Below, one piece after another: positions 1 through 10,794 of a DNA stretch of 64,000 nucleotides. Position numbers and translations under genes: made by a program. The first letter of the stretch is position 1. Each line of letters starts with the position of its first letter. Under the pieces are notes generated by a model. That model did no database searches and was not told the origin of the DNA. It was given only the letters and a program-made list of their open reading frames with translations. Location of the stretch: IMG/VR virus record IMGVR_UViG_3300029705_000039; one strand, written 5' to 3'. The DNA is from a virus. Its lineage: Duplodnaviria > Caudoviricetes.

Positions 1-158
1 ATTGCCTACTGTAAAAGCATATAAAGATGTTGAAGACTATGGCTATTGGATGCCTGGTAGTGGTCTAAAGGTGAAATGTTCCTCATGTAAAGAAGAAACC
101 TATGGCGGCAAAACTAAATTTTGTCCGCACTGCGGCATTGAAATGAAGGAGAAGCAAG

Positions 159-494
159 ATGTATTGGCGAGATTGTGTTAAAGACCCGCCCGCAAATGAT
201 ATCGAATGTGAAGTATTGGTTTTAGACCATAATATTTATCGCGGCACTAGATGGCTTCGAACTTTTGCACGATATAATTCAAAAGATGGTAATTGGGATT
301 TATGGATAGATGGATTTGGTTGGTCGAGTGATTCAGGATATACGCCGTCTTATTGGATAGAATTGCCGTCCCTCCCACCTCTTCCTTATGAAGGACCAAA
401 ATGTGGTTATCTTTATGGTAATAGTTATTGTATGGCTCAAAAAAATATGCCCCGTTGTTATTGTCAAGGGGATAAAAATAAATGTGAAAAGTGA
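159..494 (+). CDS. hypothetical phage protein (DUF551-like)
   Basis: ORF with RBS; W..C...PP start and YWIELP motif typical of small phage proteins. Confidence 0.55.
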   Translation: MYWRDCVKDPPANDIECEVLVLDHNIYRGTRWLRTFARYNSKDGNWDLWIDGFGWSSDSGYTPSYWIELPSLPPLPYEGPKCGYLYGNSYCMAQKNMPRCYCQGDKNKCEK

Positions 495-507
495 GGAAAA
501 TTTTATT

Positions 508-816
508 ATGTCTAATTACAATTATATTATTGGCGGCCGCAGCACTGGTAAAACTCGTAGGCTTCTTGAACACGCTAAAGAAAATAATGCCCTTGTTATT
601 TGTAAAAACCCGGCCGCGATGGCCCGTAAGGCAGAGGCGTATGGCATTTTTGGTCTTGCTTTTGCCAGTTATGAAGATACCTTAAATAATATTTTAGATG
701 TATCTATTGGCAATGCAGAAAATTGTGAAGACGTAGTTGTGGATGAAATGAAGGAATATTTTAAGTATCTTCTTGCGGCTGACTGTATTGGTTTTACGTT
801 GACGGAGGATGATTAA
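508..816 (+). CDS. small P-loop-like protein
   Basis: GAGG RBS before ATG 508; GGRSTGKT Walker A-like, VVVDE Walker B-like. Confidence 0.6.
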   Translation: MSNYNYIIGGRSTGKTRRLLEHAKENNALVICKNPAAMARKAEAYGIFGLAFASYEDTLNNILDVSIGNAENCEDVVVDEMKEYFKYLLAADCIGFTLTEDD

Positions 817-1138
817 TATGTTTGAAAAGCATATTTGTCCGGTCTGTTGGGCTTTTCAAGACCCTGATACTGGAAAGTGTTTAATATGCGGCAAACGCTA
901 TCATATATTAGATATTCCTGAGCCTATTGGTGATTTTATCGTGCCTCTTTCAAATGGCTTTTTAACATTTAAGGCATCAGTAGAAACGAGAATAGAGGAA
1001 AAAGCAGATACCATACTAGACCCCAGATGTGGAGAAATATTAATTCCTCCTACTTATGACGCTAAAATAATTTTTCATTTTCTTGCTGACGATAATAATA
1101 CTTTATATCAATTTTATAGTGGGCGGCACTTTAGTTGA
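809..1138 (+). CDS. zinc-ribbon hypothetical protein
   Basis: CPVC...CLIC pairs; GGAGG RBS. Confidence 0.55.
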   Translation: MINMFEKHICPVCWAFQDPDTGKCLICGKRYHILDIPEPIGDFIVPLSNGFLTFKASVETRIEEKADTILDPRCGEILIPPTYDAKIIFHFLADDNNTLYQFYSGRHFS

Positions 1139-1162
1139 CTAAAGTGTCGCTTATAATAAAAT

Positions 1163-1191
1163 TTGACAAAAATATATTTTTATTGTATAAT
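1163..1191 (+). promoter_or_regulatory. sigma70/sigmaA-type promoter
   Basis: TTGACA-17nt-TATAAT. Confidence 0.8.
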
Positions 1192-1220
1192 TATTATGTT
1201 AAATGAAAGGGGAAAAGAAA

Positions 1221-1937
1221 ATGTCAGTAGCCAAGTCTTACGCAAATCGTGAAATTGTTGGCGAGCCCTATGAACATGACAAACGGCAATATGTGAAAAT
1301 CAAATATCCCTGTTGCCGCAAATCTTCTTGTTCTAAATGTGGCGGCGAAGGCTATTATCTTAAAGAAGTAAGATGGTATGATGAACCTATTATTTTTGAT
1401 GGACGTAAGGGTTTTGGTTTCTTTGAAGCAGGTTATATTACCTTGTTTAAAGGCAATAGTAGCGAAATAGAAGAATTTTGTAAAGAGCACCTTCTTCGGA
1501 AAGCGCGATATAATCTGTTATTTTCTTGGTATTTGCCTTCATCTTATATTATTCCCGACAACCTCCCTTCCTCAATTATTCCTATTAAACTAACTTGGGA
1601 AGAGATTACTCTTAACAATCAATTAAAAGATTATGATATTATCCGTAATTACGTTGGCAGCCTTATAAATAAATCTTTCTGCTCCCAATATGTAGGGGTA
1701 ATAAATGGAAAGATTGAAAAAGATTTTGTTGTAATCGAAGATACCCTTAATTCCGGCTATTATGGTGATACCCATACTTATATTTTAGAAGATGAAGATG
1801 GCAATCGTTATATTTGGAAAACTGCGGCGAGAAAATTAGAAGTAGAAGAAATCTATCATTTAAAAGGCACTATTAAAGAACACAAAAAAATAGAAGAAAT
1901 AAAATATACTGTTTTAACTCGTTGTAGGGAGGGTTAA
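1221..1937 (+). CDS. hypothetical protein, Cys cluster and probable C-terminal OB fold
   Basis: CCRKSSCSKCGGEG; C-terminal LKGTIKEH...TVLTRC. Confidence 0.6.
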   Translation: MSVAKSYANREIVGEPYEHDKRQYVKIKYPCCRKSSCSKCGGEGYYLKEVRWYDEPIIFDGRKGFGFFEAGYITLFKGNSSEIEEFCKEHLLRKARYNLLFSWYLPSSYIIPDNLPSSIIPIKLTWEEITLNNQLKDYDIIRNYVGSLINKSFCSQYVGVINGKIEKDFVVIEDTLNSGYYGDTHTYILEDEDGNRYIWKTAARKLEVEEIYHLKGTIKEHKKIEEIKYTVLTRCREG

Positions 1938-1940
1938 AGA

Positions 1941-2300
1941 ATGGAATTAATTAAGGCAACTGAGGCTTATGCCAGCACGCTTTTAGCGCGGCGTTTAAAG
2001 ATGGAGAAATTAGCTTTATATTTTAATAAAGTCATTACAGGAGCCGCGGCAAAGGGTAATACAACTTGTATTATTCGCTGGAAAGATTTCGATATGGATG
2101 AAGAATTAGCCACCGATGAAGATACTACCATTCAATTAATTGATAGTATTGTGTCCGCAGGTTATGACGCTGAATTTTGTTATAATAATCCATATGCCTT
2201 CAATCCTTGCGGTATTATCATTGCTTGGGGTGAAGGGACCGAGGAACTTCTAAATGAAGTGTTTGCGCAGGTTGAAGGCCAACTTTATAGAGGAGAATAA
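1941..2300 (+). CDS. hypothetical protein
   Basis: ORF in operon with RBS. Confidence 0.6.
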   Translation: MELIKATEAYASTLLARRLKMEKLALYFNKVITGAAAKGNTTCIIRWKDFDMDEELATDEDTTIQLIDSIVSAGYDAEFCYNNPYAFNPCGIIIAWGEGTEELLNEVFAQVEGQLYRGE

Positions 2301-2301
2301 T

Positions 2302-2673
2302 ATGGAGTTTAACAATCTTGAAAGACAATGGATAAAAGAAATTGATACATATGCCTTTAAAGAAGAAATCGAAAGACTTGATATGATTTATTCCTCCGCG
2401 CAAATTGAAACCTATGAGCACACTATGGATAATTTTACATTAGACTCGTCTTTCGGTAAAACCCTACATAATCTCCGAAGTAATGGATATGCTTTTATGG
2501 GCATTGGCCGCGCCCCTTGGATACATAGCGGACGAGAGATGGCAGTAATTTTTGAGGATGTAGATACCTTTCAGAAATATTGGTATCATATCAATGCCTT
2601 TATCATTGAATGGTGGCAAGAACAAGTTGCTTTGTATTTAAGAAAGGAGCCTAATGCGCTAGGAATTCTTTGA
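2302..2673 (+). CDS. hypothetical protein
   Basis: AGGAG RBS before ATG 2302. Confidence 0.6.
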   Translation: MEFNNLERQWIKEIDTYAFKEEIERLDMIYSSAQIETYEHTMDNFTLDSSFGKTLHNLRSNGYAFMGIGRAPWIHSGREMAVIFEDVDTFQKYWYHINAFIIEWWQEQVALYLRKEPNALGIL

Positions 2674-3073
2674 GGCCGCACGAAAATGTGCAGAACAATC
2701 TGATTATAATGGGGCATCGAGTGCAAAAATTGGTGCGGTTGCCGTTTTCCGAAGAACCATTATTGCGCGCGGCCACAATCAAAACAAAACGCATCCCCTA
2801 CAACAGCGTTATAATATTTATAGATATGATGTAAATGGAGATCATTACTATCCCAGTAAAATGCACGCTGAGATAGAATTGATTTCTAAAATTAGATACC
2901 TTGACATTAATTTCAGCGAAGTTGAAATTTATGTATATAGAGAAACCAAGGGCGGCCGCAAGGCATTGGCGAGACCATGTGCGGCTTGTACAAAGGCTTT
3001 GCGGGACCTTGGGATTAAAAAAGTTTGCTATACTACTAATGATGGATATTGTGAAGAAAGGTATGAGGATTAA
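2654..3073 (+). CDS. cytidine/dCMP deaminase-like Zn protein (TAG=Gln at codon 3)
   Basis: RBS AAGGAG, ATG CGC TAG GAA in frame with HAE and PCAAC deaminase motifs. Confidence 0.75.
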
Positions 3074-3075
3074 TT

Positions 3076-3609
3076 ATGGAAAGACAGAAACACGGTTTTG
3101 ATTATCAAGCAGAAGTGATTGAGCGATTTGGATTAGTTAAAGATGAAAATTACACTGGTAAATGGGATGCTTATTGTGAAGGGGTTCCAGTGTCAATTAA
3201 AAGTCCTAAAATTGGTAGTGATATTGAATTAGCAGATTTTTTTAGACAAAGTAATATTAATGAAGATTTTTATATGATCGTAGGTTTTCATGATCACGAA
3301 AATAAAAACAGTATTATTGAAGAATATGTCTTATATATTCCTAAAGAAAAATGGGCCGCACTTTTTAATCCTTCATTTAATGCGCGATTTAAAGAATTAC
3401 TTGATAATTGTTCAAATGAACATTCGTATGATTCAATTTGGGCAGAAAAAGTTAAACTTTTAAAAGCAGATTGGAAGAAGAGTACTTCTAACTTAATTCG
3501 CCCTCGTTTTAAGCGCGACCATAAAACTCAAAGACGTATTCAGTGTGCAATTAATAATAAAGATTTTTATAAGTATTTTATTCCACAGTATGTGGTCGGA
3601 GTTGTTTAA
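3076..3609 (+). CDS. putative restriction-endonuclease-like PD-(D/E)XK protein
   Basis: WD...VSIKS motif; directly upstream of a DNA methyltransferase. Confidence 0.45.
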   Translation: MERQKHGFDYQAEVIERFGLVKDENYTGKWDAYCEGVPVSIKSPKIGSDIELADFFRQSNINEDFYMIVGFHDHENKNSIIEEYVLYIPKEKWAALFNPSFNARFKELLDNCSNEHSYDSIWAEKVKLLKADWKKSTSNLIRPRFKRDHKTQRRIQCAINNKDFYKYFIPQYVVGVV

Positions 3610-3612
3610 TTA

Positions 3613-4428
3613 ATGAAAGGAACAACAAAATCATTAGGACAAAAAGATCTTAATGATAAATTTTATACTAAATCAGCCATTGCTAAACAATTAATTGGTT
3701 ATCTTGATTTACAAAAATATGATTTAATTATAGAACCTTCCGCGGGAAATGGTAGTTTTTCTAAAAACCTGACTAATTGTTTAGCTTTAGACTTATTTCC
3801 GGAAGATGAATCTATTTTGCAACAAGACTTTTTTTCTTTTGTTCCACCTCAAGCGAATAATTGTTTAGTAATAGGAAATCCCCCTTTTGGGCAACAAGCA
3901 AAATTAGCAATTGCTTTTTTCAGATATGCAGCGAGTTTTGCCAATACTATCGCTTTTATTTTGCCAAAATCCTTTAAAAAACATTCTATACAAAATAGAT
4001 TACCGCTTAATTTTCACTTAGAACAAGAATATGAGCTTCCCGAAAACAGTTTTACTTTAATGGGACAAGATTATAACGTTCCCTGTGTTTTTCAGATTTG
4101 GATTAAAAAAGAAAACGAAAGAAAGAAATATATCTATCCCATGAAAACCTCCTTATTTACTTTTACTAAGAATCCTTTAGAAGCTCATTTTCGTGTTCAA
4201 AGAGTTGGTGGTTCCGCAGGAAAAGCTTTTATAGATAAAAACGGTGCTATTTCTTCGAATTATTATTTAATTAATACAAGTGATTACAATGTTGAATATT
4301 TAGTTGATAGCATTAATTCTATTGAATTTCCTTCTATTAGCGATACTGTTGGACCAAAGTCTTTACCAAAAGGCGAATTTATTTATGAAATTGAAAATTT
4401 TTTACAAAAAAATAAAGAGGAAGCCTAA
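3613..4428 (+). CDS. N6-adenine (amino) DNA methyltransferase
   Basis: FYT, IEPSAGNGSF SAM motif I, GNPPF motif IV. Confidence 0.85.
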   Translation: MKGTTKSLGQKDLNDKFYTKSAIAKQLIGYLDLQKYDLIIEPSAGNGSFSKNLTNCLALDLFPEDESILQQDFFSFVPPQANNCLVIGNPPFGQQAKLAIAFFRYAASFANTIAFILPKSFKKHSIQNRLPLNFHLEQEYELPENSFTLMGQDYNVPCVFQIWIKKENERKKYIYPMKTSLFTFTKNPLEAHFRVQRVGGSAGKAFIDKNGAISSNYYLINTSDYNVEYLVDSINSIEFPSISDTVGPKSLPKGEFIYEIENFLQKNKEEA

Positions 4429-4439
4429 GCTTCCTCTTT
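4414..4439. terminator. bidirectional intrinsic terminator
   Basis: AAAGAGGAAGC-CTAA-GCTTCCTCTTT between convergent genes. Confidence 0.75.
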
Positions 4440-4488
4440 GGTTTAACTACTACAACTATTAGCATAACATTCCGGTCCTAGTATGCCT

Positions 4489-5127
4489 TTAACTGGGAGT
4501 GGTCGTTCCTGTAGCATTAGTGCTATTACCTGATTGTCCGCTCCCATTATTGGAACTGCCATTGGAATTTGTTCCTTGTTCGTATTGATTTCTCGGATAT
4601 GTATATTGGTTATATTGGTCTTGCCCACGTCCTCCACGTCCACCACGTTCGTAGCGAAAAGGAGGCATATAATACTCGCCATAGCCCCAATCCATATCAT
4701 CCATGTAATCAGCATCGTCATGAGGGAATGGTAAATAGTGATACTAAGTAGGCATATAATTATAGTTTTGGCGCATTCCACCATTACGTCTCATGCGAGG
4801 GGCCATTGCATAATCATTAGGCTCCCACTCACGACCATACTTATGTGCTTTCTTTTTCATTTTCTTCCATTCTTCTTCCTCATCGTCGTCATCTTCTTCC
4901 TCATCCATATCATAACTATGCGGCATTTTATGCTTCATCTTTTTCATTTTCTTTTTAAGATGCTCTTTGCCGCCACCATTTTCCATTTCTTCTAAGCATT
5001 TTAAACCCATTAGAAGTTCTTCTAAAGCTTCCGCGTGCTTAGGAGTCCATTTCTTTTCATACATAATTTCGTCAATTTCCCGTTCTAAACGGTCTTTAAT
5101 ATGATTAAAATCACGCATCGTTATCAC
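4489..5127 (-). CDS. low-complexity hypothetical protein (one TAG=Gln joins ORFs 4744-5127 and 4489-4704)
   Basis: Both ORFs are in frame across the TAG at 4744-4746; ends TAA. Confidence 0.65.
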
Positions 5128-5128
5128 C

Positions 5129-5539
5129 TCACTTTAGACGGAAAATTACAATGTTGCCACTGGATAGAGTGCCAGGCTCTTCAGAAGTCACTACAAGACG
5201 AAGATTTACTTCATTATCTACATAGCAACAAGAAGGCGCAACATTAACAATTGTTCCTAAAGATAGAGTTTGTTCATCTCCTGCGGCAGTTGATGTAATT
5301 GTAGTTTCTACACCGGGAACGGCAACATTATTCAAATACAAAGCAACTGTAAAAGGAGATGCTGCCGTATTGGAAGCGCCAACGCCGTGGAACTCCACGT
5401 AGTAGCGACCAGGTGTTACAATCCTAAAGGAAGTAGGAGTAGCAGTTGTGATACGGCAGTCACGATAACGAATATCGGTAAAGGCAATCGCAGCATCGGT
5501 TTCATAAACCGCTGATGTAGTTGTATAGGCTTCAAACAT
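5129..5539 (-). CDS. beta-sandwich protein, BclA C-terminal-like
   Basis: PGRYYVEF, FTVALYLNNVAVPG pattern. Confidence 0.5.
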   Translation of the reverse strand: MFEAYTTTSAVYETDAAIAFTDIRYRDCRITTATPTSFRIVTPGRYYVEFHGVGASNTAASPFTVALYLNNVAVPGVETTITSTAAGDEQTLSLGTIVNVAPSCCYVDNEVNLRLVVTSEEPGTLSSGNIVIFRLK

Positions 5540-5617
5540 TTCTCATCTCTCCTTGCGGCTGACCCGCATCTAAAATTGAGGAGAGGGTGGCAACCCTCTC
5601 CTCAAGAAAGGTTCATA

Positions 5618-6505
5618 TTAGGTGAAATAGTTGCCACAGCCGCAAGGATTGGGATTGCAAGTGGGCATCTGATACTGATAGATTCCAAAAGCATAATTGT
5701 TTGCGTACTGTGGAGCAGGATAAGCAGGGATTGGTAACTGAGGAACACGAGCGTCCAAAGAAGCTACACGGTTCATAATAGGAGTTACCGCGGCATTTAC
5801 ATAAGCATTAATCGCGGCAGTCTGATTAGCATTATTAGCAGCGTTCTCAAGAGTAGTAACTTTCTGGCGTAGACCGTCAATCTTTTCAGAAGTTAGATAA
5901 TCTTGTAGACCCTGGAAGCCCGCATCTAAGCGGTTCTGGACGCCGGCGAAGCCCGCATTCATTACGCCAGTTAGATGTTCGGTTTGCTGCATGTTAGCAA
6001 TACGATTTTCATAATTAAGAGTTGTGACTAATTGTTTCATTTCGCAGCAGCAGTTCGCTAACTGGCTAGTGAGTGCGCAATTACCAGACTGGATAGCATT
6101 GATAATTTGCTGTCCGCTCATACCTAACTGGCTGCTTAGTTGTAGAATAGACTTGTCAATACTGCAAATAGCATTGCGTAGGTCACCAATACCGCAATTT
6201 AGAGTAGAAGCAATCTGCGCTAGAGCGGCATCATTGCCATGAATGGCATCAAGAACCACCTGGTCAGATAGGCCAGCAGCGCGAGCTTCAACGACAGCTT
6301 TTTCGACTGCCTGGGGACCAGCACCACCATCACCGTTGCCGCCCCAGCCATTGCCCCAGCGGCCGCCCATCATTAGGAATAGAAGTAGCCAGAGGAAGCC
6401 GTTGCCTCCGCCCCAGCCTTCATCGCCGCCGAAACCGCCGCCTCCACGACAGGCGCTGTTAATAAAAGTAGCAAGATCTAAACCGTTTCCTTCAGTAAAC
6501 ATCAT
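5618..6505 (-). CDS. Gly/Trp-rich membrane plus coiled-coil protein with QLANCCC motif
   Basis: GGWGG tract, hydrophobic helix, CCC, Cys-containing tail; GGAGG RBS. Confidence 0.7.
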   Translation of the reverse strand: MMFTEGNGLDLATFINSACRGGGGFGGDEGWGGGNGFLWLLLFLMMGGRWGNGWGGNGDGGAGPQAVEKAVVEARAAGLSDQVVLDAIHGNDAALAQIASTLNCGIGDLRNAICSIDKSILQLSSQLGMSGQQIINAIQSGNCALTSQLANCCCEMKQLVTTLNYENRIANMQQTEHLTGVMNAGFAGVQNRLDAGFQGLQDYLTSEKIDGLRQKVTTLENAANNANQTAAINAYVNAAVTPIMNRVASLDARVPQLPIPAYPAPQYANNYAFGIYQYQMPTCNPNPCGCGNYFT

Positions 6506-6574
6506 AGAGAAAACCTCCTTAAAAATAAGATTTTGTTGATTTATAATTACGCGCCTAGGTTCGCGGAATTATCA

Positions 6575-6955
6575 TTAAGCATCCCATGGAATGGGCTATT
6601 GAGGGGATTGTTCTTTCGCGGCTCGTGTGTCATTTTTATTTAATGCCGCGATTAAAGAACTTAGTTGTTGTTCCATTGAGGATAAACGTTGTTCTAAGTT
6701 ATTATTGCTGTCATTGGTTTTTACAGGCTCTACATATGGAGTTAGTTTATATGTAGCAGTACCATTATTAGCAGATTTTAAGTATAGTAAATTTTCTTGC
6801 ATATTAATGGCCGCCACAATTCCTGCGGCAACAGGAATAGCATTAACTTCCATACTATTTTGAACCTAATAAACCATACCAGAAGGCTAGAGTGGAGGCG
6901 TTAACGCTCCGAAATAATTTTGATTTCCATATGGATTGTTGTTTTGTCCATACAT
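6575..6955 (-). CDS. hypothetical protein (3 TAG=Gln)
   Basis: ATG at 6955 with AGGGG RBS; frame open to TAA at 6575 if TAG is sense. Confidence 0.65.
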
Positions 6956-7137
6956 TTCTATCACCCCTTTCATACAATAAGTGAAAAAGTTGGAGGGCTA
7001 TTTGGATTTTTAATACTGAAAATTATTAACTTTCACTTATAAAAATCTTTACAAAATTTTTAAAAAAATAACAATTTTATTACAAATTGAAAAGTTGTTT
7101 TTTTAATTTTTTCACTTTATAATTAAATCGTAAAGAG

Positions 7138-7464
7138 GTGATAAAAGTGATTAATCATGCAGTAATTGTTAAGGACGATTTTATTGTAAGCCAAGAAATA
7201 GAATATATTTATGAGGGACAGCTTACAGTACAGTGCAATGCAATTTTAAAAGCGTTCTTAGCAAGTAGGCAAAGTGAAGTCGAGGGTGGCATTTTATTCG
7301 TTACCGGATGTCCAGGGCTAACTTCTGTTAGTCTGATAATCGCGGCAAAGCTATCTAAAGTAGTCTATAACCGTGAGCCAGCTGATTCAGATGAAATGTG
7401 CGCCATTGAATTATTAAGAGAACGAGGAATTGAAACAGTTTGTAATCCTTCAATTATTTTATAA
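7138..7464 (+). CDS. degenerate dCMP-deaminase-like protein
   Basis: LFVTGCP...KVVY...IELLRERGIE resembles the deaminase C-terminus; HAE absent. Confidence 0.45.
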   Translation: MIKVINHAVIVKDDFIVSQEIEYIYEGQLTVQCNAILKAFLASRQSEVEGGILFVTGCPGLTSVSLIIAAKLSKVVYNREPADSDEMCAIELLRERGIETVCNPSIIL

Positions 7465-7473
7465 GGTGATTTT

Positions 7474-7899
7474 ATGGAACTATCTAATATTATCTTTCTT
7501 GTAATTAGCCTTTTATTACTTACTGGTATTGGATTGGCTTATTACTTCAAAAAAGACTATTTATCTTATAGTAAACTCATTACTCCCATCTTAATGGCAT
7601 TACTGGAAGTTCTTAAGGCAGTAGGCGGCCTGTTTCCTAATGAAACTGTATTAAATACTTTAATTGTAGTTATCTCTTCTGCAATCAAAGCCGCTGGCAA
7701 TGCAGAAGATTTATGGTTAAAGGGGGAAATTGATAAAGATAAACGACCAGACCACGCCGCTAATTATATCTATGAAGCTTTAAAAGATGCGAATATTACT
7801 ATTACAGATAATATTTTAACAATTATTAATGGTGTGGTTGCAATTACTTGTTATCTTATGCCGCATCACGATACGGATAAAAAGGAGGAAGAGGTATAA
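7474..7899 (+). CDS. holin, LL-H-like
   Basis: N-terminal TM helices, AIKAA..AE.L motif, upstream of lysin genes. Confidence 0.55.
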   Translation: MELSNIIFLVISLLLLTGIGLAYYFKKDYLSYSKLITPILMALLEVLKAVGGLFPNETVLNTLIVVISSAIKAAGNAEDLWLKGEIDKDKRPDHAANYIYEALKDANITITDNILTIINGVVAITCYLMPHHDTDKKEEEV

Positions 7900-7976
7900 T
7901 TCTCTTCCTTCTTTTTTTATTTGAAGAAAAATTGTTTTACTAAGATGCGCCGGAACTTTACTTATAAAGTGAAAAG

Positions 7977-8684
7977 GTGGTGAAAATAATGAAAATCCGT
8001 CAAGCCCCTGTGGCTGATTTACTGAAATATATTGGAGAATTATATGCTAATCGCAACCATAATAAACAAAAGAGTATTTTTGATGTTATTAATAACTATT
8101 ATTGCTCTTTAAGTAAGCATAAGACTATTATGCCAGTTGCGGGCGACTATTTTAACGATTGGTGCGATTTAAATTGGAGTCCCACTATGAAGAATTGCCC
8201 TAATATTCCTGGTATTATTATTTATAAAGATAATCCAAATGGCACAAGAAAATATGGACTAATCTATCATAGTGGCTATATTATTTCCGAGCCACTTCAA
8301 ACTAATTATATGTCTTTTTATGAAATTGATAATAATGGTCGTGTATCTTCCCATGTTTATTGTAAGGATGATTGGGATGGTTGGGGCGCGCCTATAAGAT
8401 TTTTTAGCTTCCCGCCAGAAGATTATGTTGATAGTAGCACTTGGACTTTAGGTGAACGTGTATTATCAAAAGATGTATTTGGCCACGACGTAAGGCAATT
8501 ATAGGCTTTATTACATAGAGCGCACGAGGAAGTGCCATTACATGGCTACTTTGAAGACCAAACCCTAAAAGCACTACATTTAACGCAATATTGGTGTAAT
8601 ATTCCTCAAACCAATAGCTTCAACTTAAATAGTGTTGAAGGCAAAAAAATTATTGAGTATTTAACCAATGGTAATAAAGATTAA
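7977..8684 (+). CDS. peptidoglycan-binding domain protein (1 TAG=Gln)
   Basis: GHDVRQL*ALL matches PG_binding_1 G.DV..LQ.LL; open to TAA 8684. Confidence 0.7.
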
Positions 8685-10125
8685 ACTATCTAGAGAAGAG
8701 AATATCAATTATTATGGCTCTTCTGAAATTGAACTTGATATTGAGGAATATTTAAAAGGTGTAGTTCCAAGCGAAATTGGTAATGCTCATATTGAAGCGT
8801 GCGCGGCCTAGGCTGTATGCGCTCGCACCTATGCGGTAATTAAAATTAATTCCAAAGGCTATATTACTGATGAGTCCGCAAAAGATTAGGCATTTCGGAC
8901 TTCTCGTTTAACTGGCTATCCCAATGCTTATGAAGGAATTAAAAAGACAGCGGGAGAAATATTATATTATAATAATAAAATTGCTCACTGCTATTATAGT
9001 TCTTCTAATGGCGGCCGCACTACTTCTTCAAAGGAGCGTTGGGGCGGAGACTATCCTTATCTAATTAGTTAGGATGACCCCTATGATAGTGGTAGCGGTA
9101 ATGGCCATGGTGTGGGCATGAGCCAATTAGGAGCAAAGAATCGTGCGGCCGCGGGTCAAACTTATAATGAAATTTTAAGCTTCTATTTTCCCGGCACATA
9201 TGTGCGAGGAGATGAATCTAAAGTAATGACAATCGAACAATTTATTTTAAATTGGTGTAAAGAAAGAGTAGGAAATCCTTATATTTATGGTGCAACTCAA
9301 AAGAAATGTACCGTTTCTTATCGTAAGGAACGCATGGCACAATATCCAAGCTTTGCCGCGAATATTAAAAAATATTGTTATGTCTTAAGTGGCAAGGGCT
9401 CTGCCTGTTCCAACTGTAAATGGTATGACAAAGAGCGCAATACTCATAAATATGCTTATGACTGTGCTCAATTTATTCGTTGGGGCGCAAACGCCGCGGG
9501 CCTGCCACCTGTGAAAAGTGGCGCAACAAGTCAGTGGAAAAGTGATATTTGGCAAGAGAAAGGCGATTTTAAGGATATTCCTACTAATAAGTTATGTTGT
9601 GTTTTCCGTGACAAAAATGGTACAAAAGAACATGTTGGATGGTATTATAATGGCATTGCCTATCACGCCCAAGGACATTCCACTGGTGTGGTAGCGACTG
9701 ATAATAAATAGTACAAATCTTGGACACATTATGCCATTATGACAGGTATTTATACCTCTAATGGTGTTCCTATTGAACTTAGTAATAATATTTAGCCTGA
9801 AACTTAGGATGTGATTAAAGTGCTTTATCAAGCAAAAGTAAAATCTACCGATACAAAATTAAATATGCGCAAGGAGCCTAATAAGTCTTCCGAGCGTATT
9901 ATGTATATTCCACCTCAAGGTATGGTTGATGTTATTGAAGAAACTAATGCAGATTGGTGGAAAGTTATTTATGCTGGCGAGACTGGCTATGTAATGTAGG
10001 AATACTTAACTAAGGAGTTAAGTGATACTTCTAAGGACTATTATATTAAAATAAAATGCGGGAGTGAGGCAGATGCAAGGCTTATAGCAAAAGCGCTCCA
10101 AGGCGCAGCAGTCATAGAGGGGTAA
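8668..10125 (+). CDS. endolysin: SpoIID/LytB + NlpC/P60-like + SH3b (7 TAG=Gln)
   Basis: EEYLKGVVPSE, AA*AVCARTYA, GHGVGMSQLGA; YIYGA..YDCAQF..HVGWY; LNMRKEP..WWKV.Y.GETGYV; single frame, 485 aa. Confidence 0.85.
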
Positions 10126-10420
10126 AGGATTAATTTCTATTCTCCTTGGAAATGCTGAGTTTTCCAAAAAAATGGCAGTTTTTGATACAATTTATTATAT
10201 TGTTTTCGCAATTGCTTCTATAACTTTAGCGTGTATTTGGCAACCCTTTGCCGCGATTTGCCCTGAGTTATTGACCATTTTTACTACTGGTTTAGTAACT
10301 TTGCGGCTCGGCTATGTTGCTAAGGCAGGAGCGGAAAACTTCGCAAAAATTAAGAGCACCTTTGATTCCGCGCGTGGCTTATAGGAAGAGATTAATGCGG
10401 AAGAAGAGGAAGCAGGCTAA
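10073..10420 (+). CDS. holin-like two-TM membrane protein (3 TAG=Gln)
   Basis: GAGG RBS before ATG 10073, EFSKK then two TM helices; follows lysin; start uncertain (alternative 10172). Confidence 0.55.
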
Positions 10421-10486
10421 AAATTGACTTTTTTAAAAAAATGGATTATAATGTATATGTAATAAATAAAAGGAGAGTAATATAAA

Positions 10487-10786
10487 ATGAAGTTCTATTC
10501 GGAATTAACTAACAAACTATATGATACTGCTGATGAATGTAGTGTTGAAGAAGCAAAGTTCCGCCAGGCAAAAGAGGAAGAAGAGAAGACTTACTCTATG
10601 GCTATTGCTGATTTGGACGACATTACCGCTCTATTTAAACAGTGTCAAAAGGAACAGGAAGCAGCTTATAATAAGATGGTAGAAGTTTCTCGTGAAATGC
10701 ATAAGAAATATCGTGATTTCCAGCATAGATTTGGCCGTCTACCGGAAAAGTATTATACAAATTATATAATGTCTAAAATACTTTAA
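10487..10786 (+). CDS. hypothetical coiled-coil protein
   Basis: sigmaA promoter 10424-10452 and AAGGAG RBS. Confidence 0.7.
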   Translation: MKFYSELTNKLYDTADECSVEEAKFRQAKEEEEKTYSMAIADLDDITALFKQCQKEQEAAYNKMVEVSREMHKKYRDFQHRFGRLPEKYYTNYIMSKIL

Positions 10787-10794
10787 TTGTGATT

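Noticed and set aside
4443-4995. Alternative ORFs 4443-4784(-), 4534-4734(+), 4738-4995(+)
   Set aside because: Overlap the better-supported read-through gene 4489-5127(-)
7977-10420. Apparent pseudogenes or fragmented ORFs here and at 24.4-26.3, 31, 59-60 and 61.8-62.5 kb
   Set aside because: All breaks are TAG in a single frame, several at conserved Gln sites; explained by recoding, not decay
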